DNA of 64,000 nucleotides from Diplonema japonicum (taxonomy: Eukaryota; Protista; Euglenozoa: Diplonemea), in NCBI GenBank assembly GCA_964019335.1, contig OZ025649.1:558001-622000 (forward strand), written 5' to 3'. Shown one piece after another: positions 10,422-21,402 of the stretch. The notes beneath the pieces were generated by a model. That model was not told the origin of the DNA and ran no database searches. It was given only the letters and a program-made list of their open reading frames with translations. Position numbers and translations under genes: made by a program. Position 1 is the first letter of the stretch; the number at the start of each line of letters is the position of its first letter.

Positions 10422-13400
10422 ATGTCTCTGACTTGTTGCGATGATGTTATGGAAATGCTTATGAAGCAAGGCCAGAGCCACGATGAGAGAATGCGGCAAA
10501 CGGCAAAACTGGCCGCAAAGGGTGGTGAAGGTGTGGACGCTCTACTGAAGAAGCTGGCAGAAGATGATGTGTCGCCGTGGCTGGGGTTGTACGCGATTGT
10601 GGCAGCGATGGTGAAGAAAGATGGTGAGACGTTGGGGAGGGTGGCGAGAGGGAGCAAGTCGTGGGTCCTGAAGGCCAGGGGTGTGCAGGCCTTGGCAAAG
10701 TTCGACCAAGCACAGGTCCGCATGATATTCCTGCACAGCGACACGCCTCTGCAGCTGAAGTCCGTCATAGTACCCACCCTGGTGGAGATAAACGAGGCTA
10801 TCCTGCAAACGGTGCAGGAGACCCCAGACCTTGGAGGTTCATGGGGTGCCTTATTGCTGCTTCAAAGGGCCGTCACCACCCCTGCTCACAAGGAACTTGT
10901 CCGTAAGTGGCTTCCGAAACTGGCGAAGTTCGCCAAGATGGAGGAGAAGCCAACAGGTACTTTTCCCAAGAGGCACCTCTACGGTCAATTCGATCTGGAA
11001 AACATCTACCAGTCCCTTGCAAAGAAGTACCCCGAGGTGCTGCTGGAGATGCTCAGCAACGAGACTGAATTCCATTACTGGTTTAGATGTTCTAGGGAGC
11101 TGGCTGCGTCACATCCTGATGAGATGGTCAAGGCCCTGAACAAGCTGAAGAACAATTCAAGAGGCGTGTGGTTCCTGTCGAGGTCTCTGGTTCGCCACCG
11201 CCCCCAGGAAGTGCTGCAGATTTTCAAAGAAGTTGGCGTCCTGTCCCCGGCCTTCACTCGTTGCTTCAAGAAGGTGATGTACTGTCCAAGGTACCAAGAC
11301 GTGGGTCTGGATGTGATTCGCCATTGTGCCCCGAACACCGAGAGCTGGGGTGACATCCAGGGAGTTGTTCAGCTTTTAGTGAAGCTTCTGAAGAAGGGCA
11401 GTACATCGCAGAAGATCCAGGACACTGTGGCCGACGTACTTGCCGTGCACACGGAAACCAAATGCAGGCACAGGTGTCTCGGTCCGATTGGAGAGCTCGA
11501 CAAACTAATGAAAACTGCAGAGGAAGAAAAGTGGACACTCCGCCCCTCTCAAGAGAGGGTGAATGCCCTCGTGGCGGCACAGATAAACTCGGGAGATCTG
11601 TGCATCGATTTATGTAAGGACGGGGCACTGAATGTGGCGCTGGGCCATTACGTGGCGCAGACTGAGAATAGGAAGGCGACGCACCTGCTTGTGACGGCAC
11701 ACACCGAGTACAGGGATATGCTGCCACGTGAGGTCGTGTCCCATGTGCTGAGTGAATGGGTCGCCTCAGATGAGTTCTCAGAGCTTGACGTCTTCGTGAA
11801 GATATCTGCACACGCCGACATGGAGATCAGTAAGTCGGAAGAGCCTCTGAAGGCTCTAGCGAACACACGCGATCCCAGAGAGAGAACAGCAGTGCTATCA
11901 GCTCTAATCCATTCTTCCAAGGTGTCCCCTGTAAAGACGAACCGCTTCGCTGCCATCATGGGATGGATCGCCATGCGCATCACAAAGGAAGAAACTTCTG
12001 TGAAGGCTCCCGTCGTCCAGTGCCTGCTAGAGGAGACTCCCATCGTGAACTTCAAGGCGGAGACTGTCAAGCAGCTCGAAAAGTTTTTCAATATCTGCCT
12101 GAAATGGGGCAACGGCATATGGATGAACGCCTGGTCTTACTGGGCAGCTTCTGCCGTCATCCACTACAAGGTACTCTCTGATGAGACGAGTGTTATCGTC
12201 GAACTAGGCGAGCAAATCCTGGCGAGGATGCAGGAGGCTGGGGTGCAGACGGCAAAGACCATTTTGCGTGCCTTCAGCCAGGCGGCGGATAAAATCGACA
12301 AAAAGAAGCTCGACGACAAGACTCAAGCAGCTGTCGGGGTCCAGATGCTAAGTTATGCAAAAGAAGCGTTTTCGAATCTCTCAGAGCTGAGCAACGAGGA
12401 GGCACAGGCCTATACCAAGTATGAGCCCTCGGAAGTTTTTGGCATCGCCAACTTTGATAAGTTCAAGGAGCTCTTCACCATCGTAGGGCCTTCAATCGTT
12501 CTCGGGTCCCCAGAGCTGGAGGAACATGCCAAGACACTGATAGTCGCTGATGGACTGTCGTTATCCCTTAGCGGGATGTACCTCATGGACACGCCGTGCA
12601 GCAAAATCGTAAAGTGGCCGTTCTGGAGGGACACATGCGTGAGTGCTCTCAGTCACCTCAGACATTCACAAACCGCTACTACCGTGCAGGTATTTCAAGC
12701 GGTTTCTGACTACATACTAAGTCTTGAAAAGCACCTGAGCATGGACGCGGCAGCGAAGGACTCGAATGCCGTGCAGAAGTACTTGCAGTTTTACAAGCCT
12801 CTGCTGGTAGAGGCGTGCCATGCATATGCTGCCGGCATTCAAGAGGGCAAATCATGGGACGGGGCGGTCTGTTTTTCTGCAGATCATTCTTTCCGTGTCC
12901 TAGTTGCCATTTTGAAGTACATCCCTGAGTTAGATGTGGGCATCAAGGCGATAATCAAGGCGATCTCTCTCATGCGTGATGCAGTTCCCACTGCCACGCA
13001 AAGCCTGCTGCGCCACATCGGCAACCCTGAGGAACACACAGCAGACATCTTCGCATACGCCGTCGAACACATCAACCCGATGAATGCACCGGCCTCCGTG
13101 TTCAGTCTGGTCAGCTTCTGTGACGCAAAACACGTTGTTCGTGATCCCGCAGTTTCCTCGAAGCATCATAAACCACCTGTCTACGCCCCCGATGGGAGAA
13201 CATTCAGCAGGCGGCCTAGATTTAGGTTCCAACGAGGCGCTGCTGCCGCCCGTCGCAAGGCATCTACTGCAATGAAGAAGAAGGACGAGAGGCAGCGTGT
13301 TAAGGACTCGCCAGACTGGGGCCTTCCCCTTGTGCAGTTGATCGAAGAACTACCAGTTGAATGCAGCTTTATGGTTTATGAGAAACTAGATTCGCTGCTG

Positions 13401-16079
13401 CGCACTCCCGTGTCAAAGACAAAGCTTGCTATCGTCAAAGCACTCTTCACCGTGCTGAGGAAGAGTGACCCGAACAACTTTCGATTCTCGACGATCTGGG
13501 ACCACCCCGAGCTTGAGGCCTTCATGGCGGAAACCGTCAATGTGAACAACGTGGAGGAGGCGGTACGGAGCTATCTGGGACCTTTCCACAAGAGGAAGCA
13601 GAGGATGCAGACACTGATGACAAAGGGGATGGGCAGCTGCACTCCGGGCATGGTTTTTGAGCACAGTCCGTCGTTTCAGAAGGGTGTGTTCAGGTACTAT
13701 CCGGACAGCGTGGTAATTCTGATGGGTGCTAGATTTATGGCGCTTCCTGGTATAGTCGACGGGCTGTGCACACGTGCCAGTTTTGGTGGGCAGACCACAA
13801 GCGTGCAGTGGTACGTGCAAACACTGCCGCCGTGGGTGCAACAGTTTCTGTGGGACGAATGTATCACACCCTTCGCCTTTGACGTGAGTACTGGTGAGTT
13901 GTTCCGCGAATGCTCATCGTACGAACACACGGAAGGGCGGGAGGACGGGCACCAAATGAAGGCAAGAAGGCTATGGCTCGGTGCGGCGTTACCTTCAGCA
14001 CCCGAAATACCCCCTGTGACTTCTGCCGACCACCCTTTCAACAAATTCTTTGCGAAGACCATCTCAGACGGGAAGGCTGTGAGCACATTGGTTAAAGAAG
14101 AGCAAGATAGCGTAACTAAGTCTGACAAACTGTCCGAGGACACCCTGAAGGCCTCACGGTCAGCACAACTTTGCCTTGAGTTGCTGCTTGCTCTCAGGAC
14201 ACACGACAACTCATGTGAAGCCTTAGATGTGCTCACAAAACACCTGGACCAGGGTGTAGCAAACAAAGCTGCCATCCCATCTACCGCAGCAGTGCTGAGG
14301 TGTCTTAGTCCAACTGAGGCTTGCGAAGTGCTGCATAAGATATTGGGGTCGAAAAACACAAGGGCATCGGCAAGGTCGCAGCTTGGCAGGTGTTGCATAA
14401 AGCTGCTAAAACCTGAGCAAGCATTGGATTTCGTGGAGCAAGAATGGAAGCATCAAGGCAGTTGGGTGATGGTTGACGCTGACGATGAAGAAAAAGAAGA
14501 GACGGTGTTTGCTTCGACGAAGGTAGCGCTGCTCTGTTCGCTGGTGGCGTCACCGTCGCTGAGGATGTTGCCGTCGCTGTGGGGACGTGTCACGTCGATC
14601 ACCGAGAGGACGGACGAGAACATCTACATCGCGGGCCAGATGCTTCAGGTGCTGGCTGGTGTCAATGACGTGGCGGCGTTGAACACACAGCATTGGCCGC
14701 TGTGCGCAGCAGACGGGCTTGCACGGTTGGTTGCATCGTTCTTTGATGTCCAGACACTACAAGACTACGTGAAGGTCGCCTTGCGTAGGTGGTTTGCAAT
14801 GTTGAAGTGCAACCCGTCTATGGCTGCACCATGTGACGCTGAGGGCGTGATCCATGCCTTGATGGACTGCATGGACGCATCGTTGGTTTGCGACATGATC
14901 AGCACCCTGACATCGGCACACCCCGGTTTATTCGCAAGAATCTGCAAGCGCAGAGTGGACCAGATCTCTGCAGCAGTTGCTGACAACGACATGGCGAAGC
15001 TGAATGAAAATAGCTGTGCGTTGGTAGCGTTGACAAAGAATGGCAAGACGATGGTGGGCATCGAGGAGTATGAGAAGGCCATTGATGTGCTCGTTGCAGC
15101 GCCCGGCGGGGCAACAGCAGCTTTGCAACTTGTTGCCAGCCACTGGCAGGGCAGAAAGGATTGCTGCGAGGGTGCGGCGTTGCTGAAGATCGCAGAGTTC
15201 CTTTCCGCAGCTGGACAGCCGGGGTACACCGCCTTCACTACAGTGGATATCTTTAAAGGCATGATTAGTACACAAGCACTGCCAGAGCTGTGCAAGTCGA
15301 TGCTGACACAAATCGATGACGGGCCAGCACCTTCAGACAGCTACAAGTACGTTATGCTGAAATACATAAAGTACCACAGCCGCGGTGCAGACAAGGATAT
15401 CGCAGAGCTGGTGAAAAGGTTATTTTTTGACCCTTCCCAAATAGTGGCGGCTGCAGCAATCGAAGTCCTCGATTCTCAGAACCGCTTCCTTGCTCGAGGT
15501 AGGCGGGTGAGAACAAGACGTGAGTCAAACACAGAACCAGTATGGAGGGAAGGCGGTAGGTTCACAAACGGTGGTGGTGTGTTTAGTGGACCGAACTACA
15601 TGTCTAGAATGCATTACTGCCCACCGTATCGTCAACCACCGAGTTTATATGGCAAAGGTCTCGGAAAGGGGGAGGGTGTTAAGGGTCGTAGTAAAGGAAT
15701 GGGAAAAGGCTCCAAGAGATCCCGGGATGTAAGTGGTACACGAGGCTCAGAAGATGTACAACGCATTGCGCAACCTATCTCGAAGGGCAAGGGTGCTAAA
15801 GGTGTTCCACCGCCACCCCTGGGCTTGCCTCAGGGCCATCCTTCAGCCATGCTGCCTCCAGGCATGCCTCCGAACATGCTGCCCCCGGGTATGCTGCCTC
15901 CGGGCATGCTGCCTCCAGGTATGCCTCCGGGTATGCTGCCTCCAGGCATGCCTCCGAACATGCTGCCCCCGGGTATGCTGCCTCCAGGCATGCCGCCTCC
16001 GCCGGGCATGCCCGGAGCCGGCATGCTTCCTCCCCAGTCCGGAAAGAGCATTGGTAAGGGCCCTCCCCGCGCCTGTTGA
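10422..16079 (+). CDS. Large (1885 aa) predicted alpha-solenoid protein with GKG-rich and (MLPPG)n C-terminal tail
   Basis: Uninterrupted 5.6-kb ORF, Leu/Ala-rich helical composition, Pro/Gly/Met repeat tail. Confidence 0.85.
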   Translation: MSLTCCDDVMEMLMKQGQSHDERMRQTAKLAAKGGEGVDALLKKLAEDDVSPWLGLYAIVAAMVKKDGETLGRVARGSKSWVLKARGVQALAKFDQAQVRMIFLHSDTPLQLKSVIVPTLVEINEAILQTVQETPDLGGSWGALLLLQRAVTTPAHKELVRKWLPKLAKFAKMEEKPTGTFPKRHLYGQFDLENIYQSLAKKYPEVLLEMLSNETEFHYWFRCSRELAASHPDEMVKALNKLKNNSRGVWFLSRSLVRHRPQEVLQIFKEVGVLSPAFTRCFKKVMYCPRYQDVGLDVIRHCAPNTESWGDIQGVVQLLVKLLKKGSTSQKIQDTVADVLAVHTETKCRHRCLGPIGELDKLMKTAEEEKWTLRPSQERVNALVAAQINSGDLCIDLCKDGALNVALGHYVAQTENRKATHLLVTAHTEYRDMLPREVVSHVLSEWVASDEFSELDVFVKISAHADMEISKSEEPLKALANTRDPRERTAVLSALIHSSKVSPVKTNRFAAIMGWIAMRITKEETSVKAPVVQCLLEETPIVNFKAETVKQLEKFFNICLKWGNGIWMNAWSYWAASAVIHYKVLSDETSVIVELGEQILARMQEAGVQTAKTILRAFSQAADKIDKKKLDDKTQAAVGVQMLSYAKEAFSNLSELSNEEAQAYTKYEPSEVFGIANFDKFKELFTIVGPSIVLGSPELEEHAKTLIVADGLSLSLSGMYLMDTPCSKIVKWPFWRDTCVSALSHLRHSQTATTVQVFQAVSDYILSLEKHLSMDAAAKDSNAVQKYLQFYKPLLVEACHAYAAGIQEGKSWDGAVCFSADHSFRVLVAILKYIPELDVGIKAIIKAISLMRDAVPTATQSLLRHIGNPEEHTADIFAYAVEHINPMNAPASVFSLVSFCDAKHVVRDPAVSSKHHKPPVYAPDGRTFSRRPRFRFQRGAAAARRKASTAMKKKDERQRVKDSPDWGLPLVQLIEELPVECSFMVYEKLDSLLRTPVSKTKLAIVKALFTVLRKSDPNNFRFSTIWDHPELEAFMAETVNVNNVEEAVRSYLGPFHKRKQRMQTLMTKGMGSCTPGMVFEHSPSFQKGVFRYYPDSVVILMGARFMALPGIVDGLCTRASFGGQTTSVQWYVQTLPPWVQQFLWDECITPFAFDVSTGELFRECSSYEHTEGREDGHQMKARRLWLGAALPSAPEIPPVTSADHPFNKFFAKTISDGKAVSTLVKEEQDSVTKSDKLSEDTLKASRSAQLCLELLLALRTHDNSCEALDVLTKHLDQGVANKAAIPSTAAVLRCLSPTEACEVLHKILGSKNTRASARSQLGRCCIKLLKPEQALDFVEQEWKHQGSWVMVDADDEEKEETVFASTKVALLCSLVASPSLRMLPSLWGRVTSITERTDENIYIAGQMLQVLAGVNDVAALNTQHWPLCAADGLARLVASFFDVQTLQDYVKVALRRWFAMLKCNPSMAAPCDAEGVIHALMDCMDASLVCDMISTLTSAHPGLFARICKRRVDQISAAVADNDMAKLNENSCALVALTKNGKTMVGIEEYEKAIDVLVAAPGGATAALQLVASHWQGRKDCCEGAALLKIAEFLSAAGQPGYTAFTTVDIFKGMISTQALPELCKSMLTQIDDGPAPSDSYKYVMLKYIKYHSRGADKDIAELVKRLFFDPSQIVAAAAIEVLDSQNRFLARGRRVRTRRESNTEPVWREGGRFTNGGGVFSGPNYMSRMHYCPPYRQPPSLYGKGLGKGEGVKGRSKGMGKGSKRSRDVSGTRGSEDVQRIAQPISKGKGAKGVPPPPLGLPQGHPSAMLPPGMPPNMLPPGMLPPGMLPPGMPPGMLPPGMPPNMLPPGMLPPGMPPPPGMPGAGMLPPQSGKSIGKGPPRAC
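15849..16030 (+). repeat. Coding minisatellite encoding MLPPG/MPPG/MPPN
   Basis: 12/15-nt units; a 53-nt block at 15849-15901 is repeated exactly at 15933-15985. Confidence 0.9.
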
Positions 16080-16550
16080 GCAGGGTGACAAAAATCGTGA
16101 TCCAACGAAATAGAATTGAATGAAAAACAAAAAAAAAGAAAATCGGCCGTTGTGTGTGTACAAGAAGAAAAAAGAAAAGAAAATATAAAGGGTGAAAACA
16201 AAAAGGGGCACTGCTCTTCCCCCATACTTCCCCTTTTTGGTTCCCCTCACGTGTACAACAACAAACAAATACAGCCGGTTTTTCTTTTGCCAAAGGCAAG
16301 CACAGCGAATGCAATGTCTTAAATTGTCTTGTGTTTTATTTCCCCCTCCTTTGATCTCCACAAACACCTTCTCGATAGTTGAAGTGTTTGGGTAGGCGTT
16401 GGCTTGCCGACTTTATACGTGACGTTATTGGTCGTGTGATTGGTTTTTCGTAACGTAATTTTTCTCTATCTCTCTTTCTCTCTTCGATGTCCTTTTCTAA
16501 CACCTATGGCAAAGGAAAGGGGGAAGGAGAAAAAAAAAGAAAAAAAAACA

Positions 16551-19500
16551 ATGGCGAAGGATGACAAGAACAAGGCGTTCCTCTCTACGAAGGCGGGGGA
16601 CACCTACGACACGGATTTGTATGGAACAGGAAGCAAGGAGCAGTTTAATCAAACAATCATGGACGAGGACGAAGAGGAAGACGAAGTGACGAGAAGAGGT
16701 TTTGTACAGGAAGCGTTAGAAGCGCAAGAGGAAGCCGACCCCATGCTGGAGCGCAAGCGGAAAACTATCGGCGACAGGGAGACCGAGTACATGAAGCGGC
16801 GGTACGACCGGGCCCTCTCCCCTGCCAGACGGGACAACTTTGCAGACGATGACACCACTGGCCGGACTTACGCGGAGGTTAAAAATGAGGAAGCAGATAA
16901 ACCAGCAAAGAAAGGCAGATGGGATACCCCTGCCGAGGAGACAGCAGAGCCAACTGAAGAGGCCAAGACCGAGGTGAAGCAAGAGTGGGACGCCGGGGCA
17001 GTCACCGACACCCCCCAACGAGTGTCTAAATGGGACACCCCTACCCCTGGTAAGACTGGCAAATTCGACGCCACCCCAGTAAGAAAGAGCAGATGGGGCG
17101 CCCCCTCCACACCCCAAACAGGGACACGGTTTGGCGACGCGCCCACCCCAGGCAGGGACGCCCTAGGTGACGCTCCTACCCCTAACAGGTGGGACGGCGA
17201 CGCACCTACTCCCGTGCGGACTGGCTTTGGTGATGCCACCCCAGGTGCTACACCCTCCCAGCGCGACTGGGACCCCACACCTATGCGTGCCACTCCCTCC
17301 AGCATGAAGTGGGACTCTGGTGCTGGCGGTGCCATGCCAACTCCGAAAAAGAGTAAATGGGACGATGCAGCACAGGCGGAAACACCAGCCATGGCAACAG
17401 GTGCCACGCCTTCCAACTACACGGGCGCAACGCCTAGCAACTACGTGGGCGCGACACCCATGGGCTACCAGAGCATGACGCCACAGCAGCTGGCACAGAC
17501 GAACCCTGATCTGTACAACCAGCAGAAATGGACTGCCGAAGTCGAGGAGAGGAACCGACCGGTGACCGACGCTGAGCTTGATGATATCCTCCCTGCCGAT
17601 GGCTACGAAATTGTGGCATTCCCCGAAAGCTACAAGCCGATCACACCTGCCAGGAAGTACACTTCCGCACCCACACCCATGGCAGGCACCGGGTTTTCCA
17701 TCCCAGAGGCTGCCCCTGCCACGCAGGACGCCAACCGTGTGGACGTGACGGACCTTGGTCCTGATCTGCCCGAGATGAAGCCAGACGACTTCCAGCACTT
17801 CTCGGCACTGTTGAACCAAAAACCCGAAGAAGAGATGACGAAGCAAGAGTTCAAAGAGATATGGATCATGAAGCTGCTGCTAAAGGTTAAGAACGGAGAC
17901 CCGCAGCAGAGGAAGTCGGGTATGAAGATTTTGACGGAGAAGGCAAGGTGGTTTGGTGCCCAGATGCTGTTCGACCAGATCCTGCCGCTTTTGATGTCTC
18001 CGTCGTTGGAGGACCAAGAGAGGCATTTGATCGTGAAGCTGATCGGCCGTATTCTGTTTAAGCTGGATGACTTGGTCCGCCCGTATGTACACAAAATCCT
18101 TGTTGTGATCGAGCCCATGCTTCTTGAGAACGACTACTACGCGAAGGCAGAGGGGAGGGAGATCATCAGCAACCTGAGCAAGGCGGCGGGCATGCCCACG
18201 ATGATTCAAACCATGTCGCCTGATGTGGACAACGTGGATGACTACGTGCGGAACACTACGGCAAGGGCGTTCGCGGTGGTTGCCTCTGCGTTGGGGATTC
18301 CCGCGATCTTGCCCTTTTTGAAAGCGGTGTGCAGGGCTAAGAAGAGCTGGTATGCCAGGCACACTGGTGTCAAGATTGTTGAGCAAATCGCCATCCTCAT
18401 GGGATGCGGTGTGCTGCCCCACATGAAGTCACTCGTCGACATCGTCGCTGAGGGTCTCTACGATGAGCAGTCCAAGGTGAAAACCGCCACCGCTCTCGCG
18501 CTCGCAGCGCTTGCAGAAGCCGCGGCGCCATACGGTATCGAGGCTTTCGATTCGGTGGTCAAACCCCTGTGGACCGGCTCGCAGGAGCTGCGGGGGAAGC
18601 CCTTAGAGGCTTTCTTGAAGGCCATCGGGTACATCATCCCCCTGATGGAAAAGGAGTACGCAGAGCACTACACAAACGGGATCATGAACAAGCTGATTGA
18701 AGAAATGAAGACACCAAACGATATGATGAAGAAGATCGTGCTGAAGGTGATCAAGCAGTGCGTGGCGACAGACGGTGTGGAGAGAGAGTACGTGAGGAAA
18801 TCTGTTTCACCGCACTTTTTCAAGAATTTCTGGGTGAAGAGAATGGCAGTGGACAGACGGAACTACGAGCAGCTGGTGGAAACAACGGTTGAGATCGCGA
18901 ACAAAGTGGGGGCAAGCGAGATCGTGGAGAAGATCGTTGAGGATCTGAAAGACGAGAACGAGGCGTACAGGCGGATGGTCGTGGAGACCATTGCAAAGGT
19001 GGTTGACTCCCTGGGTACGGTGGACATCGATCAGGAGCTGGAGAACAAGCTCATCAACGGGATCATCTACGCTTTCCAGGAAGAGAGCGCAGAGGACAGC
19101 GAAGTGGTTTTGAACGGGTTCGGGACCATCATCAACGCGTTGGGCAAACGCATGAAGCCGTACCTCCGACAGATTTCCGGCATCATCAAGTGGCGCCTCA
19201 ACAACAAAACCCCCAAGATACGTCAGTGCTCTGCTGACCTCGTCTCACGCATCTGCCGCGTAATTATGGACTGCGACGAAGAACTCCTCCTCGGCAACTT
19301 GGGTGTCATCCTCTTCGAGTACCTTGGCGAAGAGTACCCCGAAGTCCTCGGCAGCATCATCGCCGGTCTCAAGGGCATCGTGAACGTCATCGGAATGGCA
19401 AAGATGACACCTCCCATCAAAGACCTCCTCCCGCAGCTCACACCTATCCTGAAGAACCGACACGAAAAGGTTCAGGAGAACTGCATCGACCTTGTGGGGA

Positions 19501-20544
19501 GGATCGCAGACAGGGCACCGAAGGTATGCAAGGTTTGAACAAGTTTAAAACAACGCACAGTCCGTCCCTGCGAGAGAATGGACAAGGATCTGCTTCGAGT
19601 TGTTAGAGCTGCTCAAAGCGCACAAGAAGGCTATCCGTAGGGCGGCAGTGAACACCTTTGGGTACATCGCGAGGGCTATTGGGCCTTCTGACGTACTGTC
19701 GACGCTGCTGTCCAACTTGAAGGTATGATGACCTTGCCAGTAAGTACCAACATTGCCACAGGTGCAAGAGCGTCAGCAGCGTGTGTGCACGACTATCGCT
19801 ATTGCTATTGTCGCTGAGACGTGCGGGCCCTTCACAGGTGTGTGTGTTTTTCTTTCCCCCCTTATCTTGTACAGTTATTCCGAGTCTCATGAACGAGTAC
19901 CGAGTACCTGAGCAAAACGTGCAGAATGGTGTGTTGAAGGCGTTCTCCTTCATGTTTGAGTACATCGGTGAGATGGGGAGCGACTATTGCTACGCGGTGG
20001 TGCCACTGCTTGAAGATGCCCTGACAGACAGGGATGTTATTCACAGGCAGATTGCGTGCAACGTGGTGAAGCACTTGACCTTAGGTGTCGCAGGGCTTGG
20101 GTGCGAGGATGCACTGATCCACCTTCTGAACCTTGTGTGGCCAAACGTCTTCGAGACGGCCCCACATACCATCAACTCCTGTGTGGAGGTATGTCTCAAG
20201 TGTTGTTTATCAACATAACACCACAGGCTATAGAAGCATGCCGTGTGTCCCTGGGGCCTGGCGTTATTCTTTCCTACACACTCCATGGTCTCTTCCACCC
20301 ATCTAGGCAGGTGTGTTGAATAGGGAGGTGGGGAAATAAAAATACAGGTTCGAGAAATCTATTGGAAAATCTTCAACAACATCTACATCGGGTGCCAAGA
20401 TGCGCTGGTGCCCTGCTACCCTCAGCTGCCTGATGATCTGGCGAACAATGTATGTTAAAGAAACGGGTGAAAGGGGGGCGGAGTGAACCAACAACACACA
20501 CACACACACAGTATTGGCGAAGCGAAGCCGAAACATTCTTGTAA
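16551..20544 (+). CDS. SF3B1: Splicing factor 3B subunit 1; exons 16551-19523, 19561-19722, 19762-19837, 19875-20188, 20227-20310, 20348-20449, 20512-20544 (1247 aa)
   Basis: RWD/KWD ULM motifs, TP repeats, [15 protein letters not shown] region [18 protein letters not shown]; splicing six GT-AG introns restores the conserved C-terminus ([48 protein letters not shown]). Confidence 0.97.
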
Positions 20545-20749
20545 GCACCGAAAGAAGGAGATTTTAAAGAAGTCGCAGCGATCGGGGGAAAGGATTTTAA
20601 CAACAAGAAAGGTTTCACAACAAAAAAAAAAAAAAAGAATTGGTCAGTGGAGTGTACCCTTTTCCAACCCAGACCTCCCGTTTCTCCAAAAAACCCCTTA
20701 GGGCTACGGGAAGGGAACAAGCAAGAAGAGAAAAAAAGAATATATAAAA

Positions 20750-21196
20750 ATGGCGGATAGCAGCGAGCTGACCGGACCGGCACGCAAGATGTTTATTAAG
20801 CAGATAAAGGACTTGGAAGGAAAAAAGTGGAAAGTGGAGGTGGATTCATTTACGAATCAGAATTGTATCACACCAATGTTTGGAGGCTCGTGTTCACCAG
20901 CTGCCGAGGTGGCGCGTGTGTGGCTGCAAGGCACAGTGACTAGTGTTACAGGGGACTACGCCATGTTGAGCGACCGAACAGGCAGCATACAATTCTTGGT
21001 AAACGAAATCGAGCCCGATGCCCGCCCCAAACCGAACAGCTACCGTCAGGTTGTGGGGAAGCTCGCCTTGAGCGGCGGCTCCCCCAGCCCCCTCTTCATC
21101 CTCACTGAGCTTTGTGCTGACATCCCCGCCTCCTCTGACGAATCGTGGACACTTGAGGTCCTTGACTTTCAGTCAAAATGCGTGTTTACGTCGTGA
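20750..21196 (+). CDS. RMI2: RMI2-like OB-fold protein
   Basis: 148 aa; KMFIKQI..ARVWLQGTV..LSDRTG..YRQVVGKL matches the RMI2 OB-fold pattern as recalled. Confidence 0.68.
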   Translation: MADSSELTGPARKMFIKQIKDLEGKKWKVEVDSFTNQNCITPMFGGSCSPAAEVARVWLQGTVTSVTGDYAMLSDRTGSIQFLVNEIEPDARPKPNSYRQVVGKLALSGGSPSPLFILTELCADIPASSDESWTLEVLDFQSKCVFTS

Positions 21197-21402
21197 CCCC
21201 TTCTCTCTTACTTACTTCATCTGCCGTTAAGTATCGCCTTTCTTTTTTTATCTCAGGCCGGGCACGAAAGAACTGTTTTAGACGATCTTCCATGTAACCT
21301 CTTTTATTTTTAGTACAAACCCCCCCCCCACTTTTTTTTTAACCCAAGGGAAAAAAAACAAAGAAAGGAGTGAACACACCCAAAAAAAAAAAGGAAAAAA
21401 AA

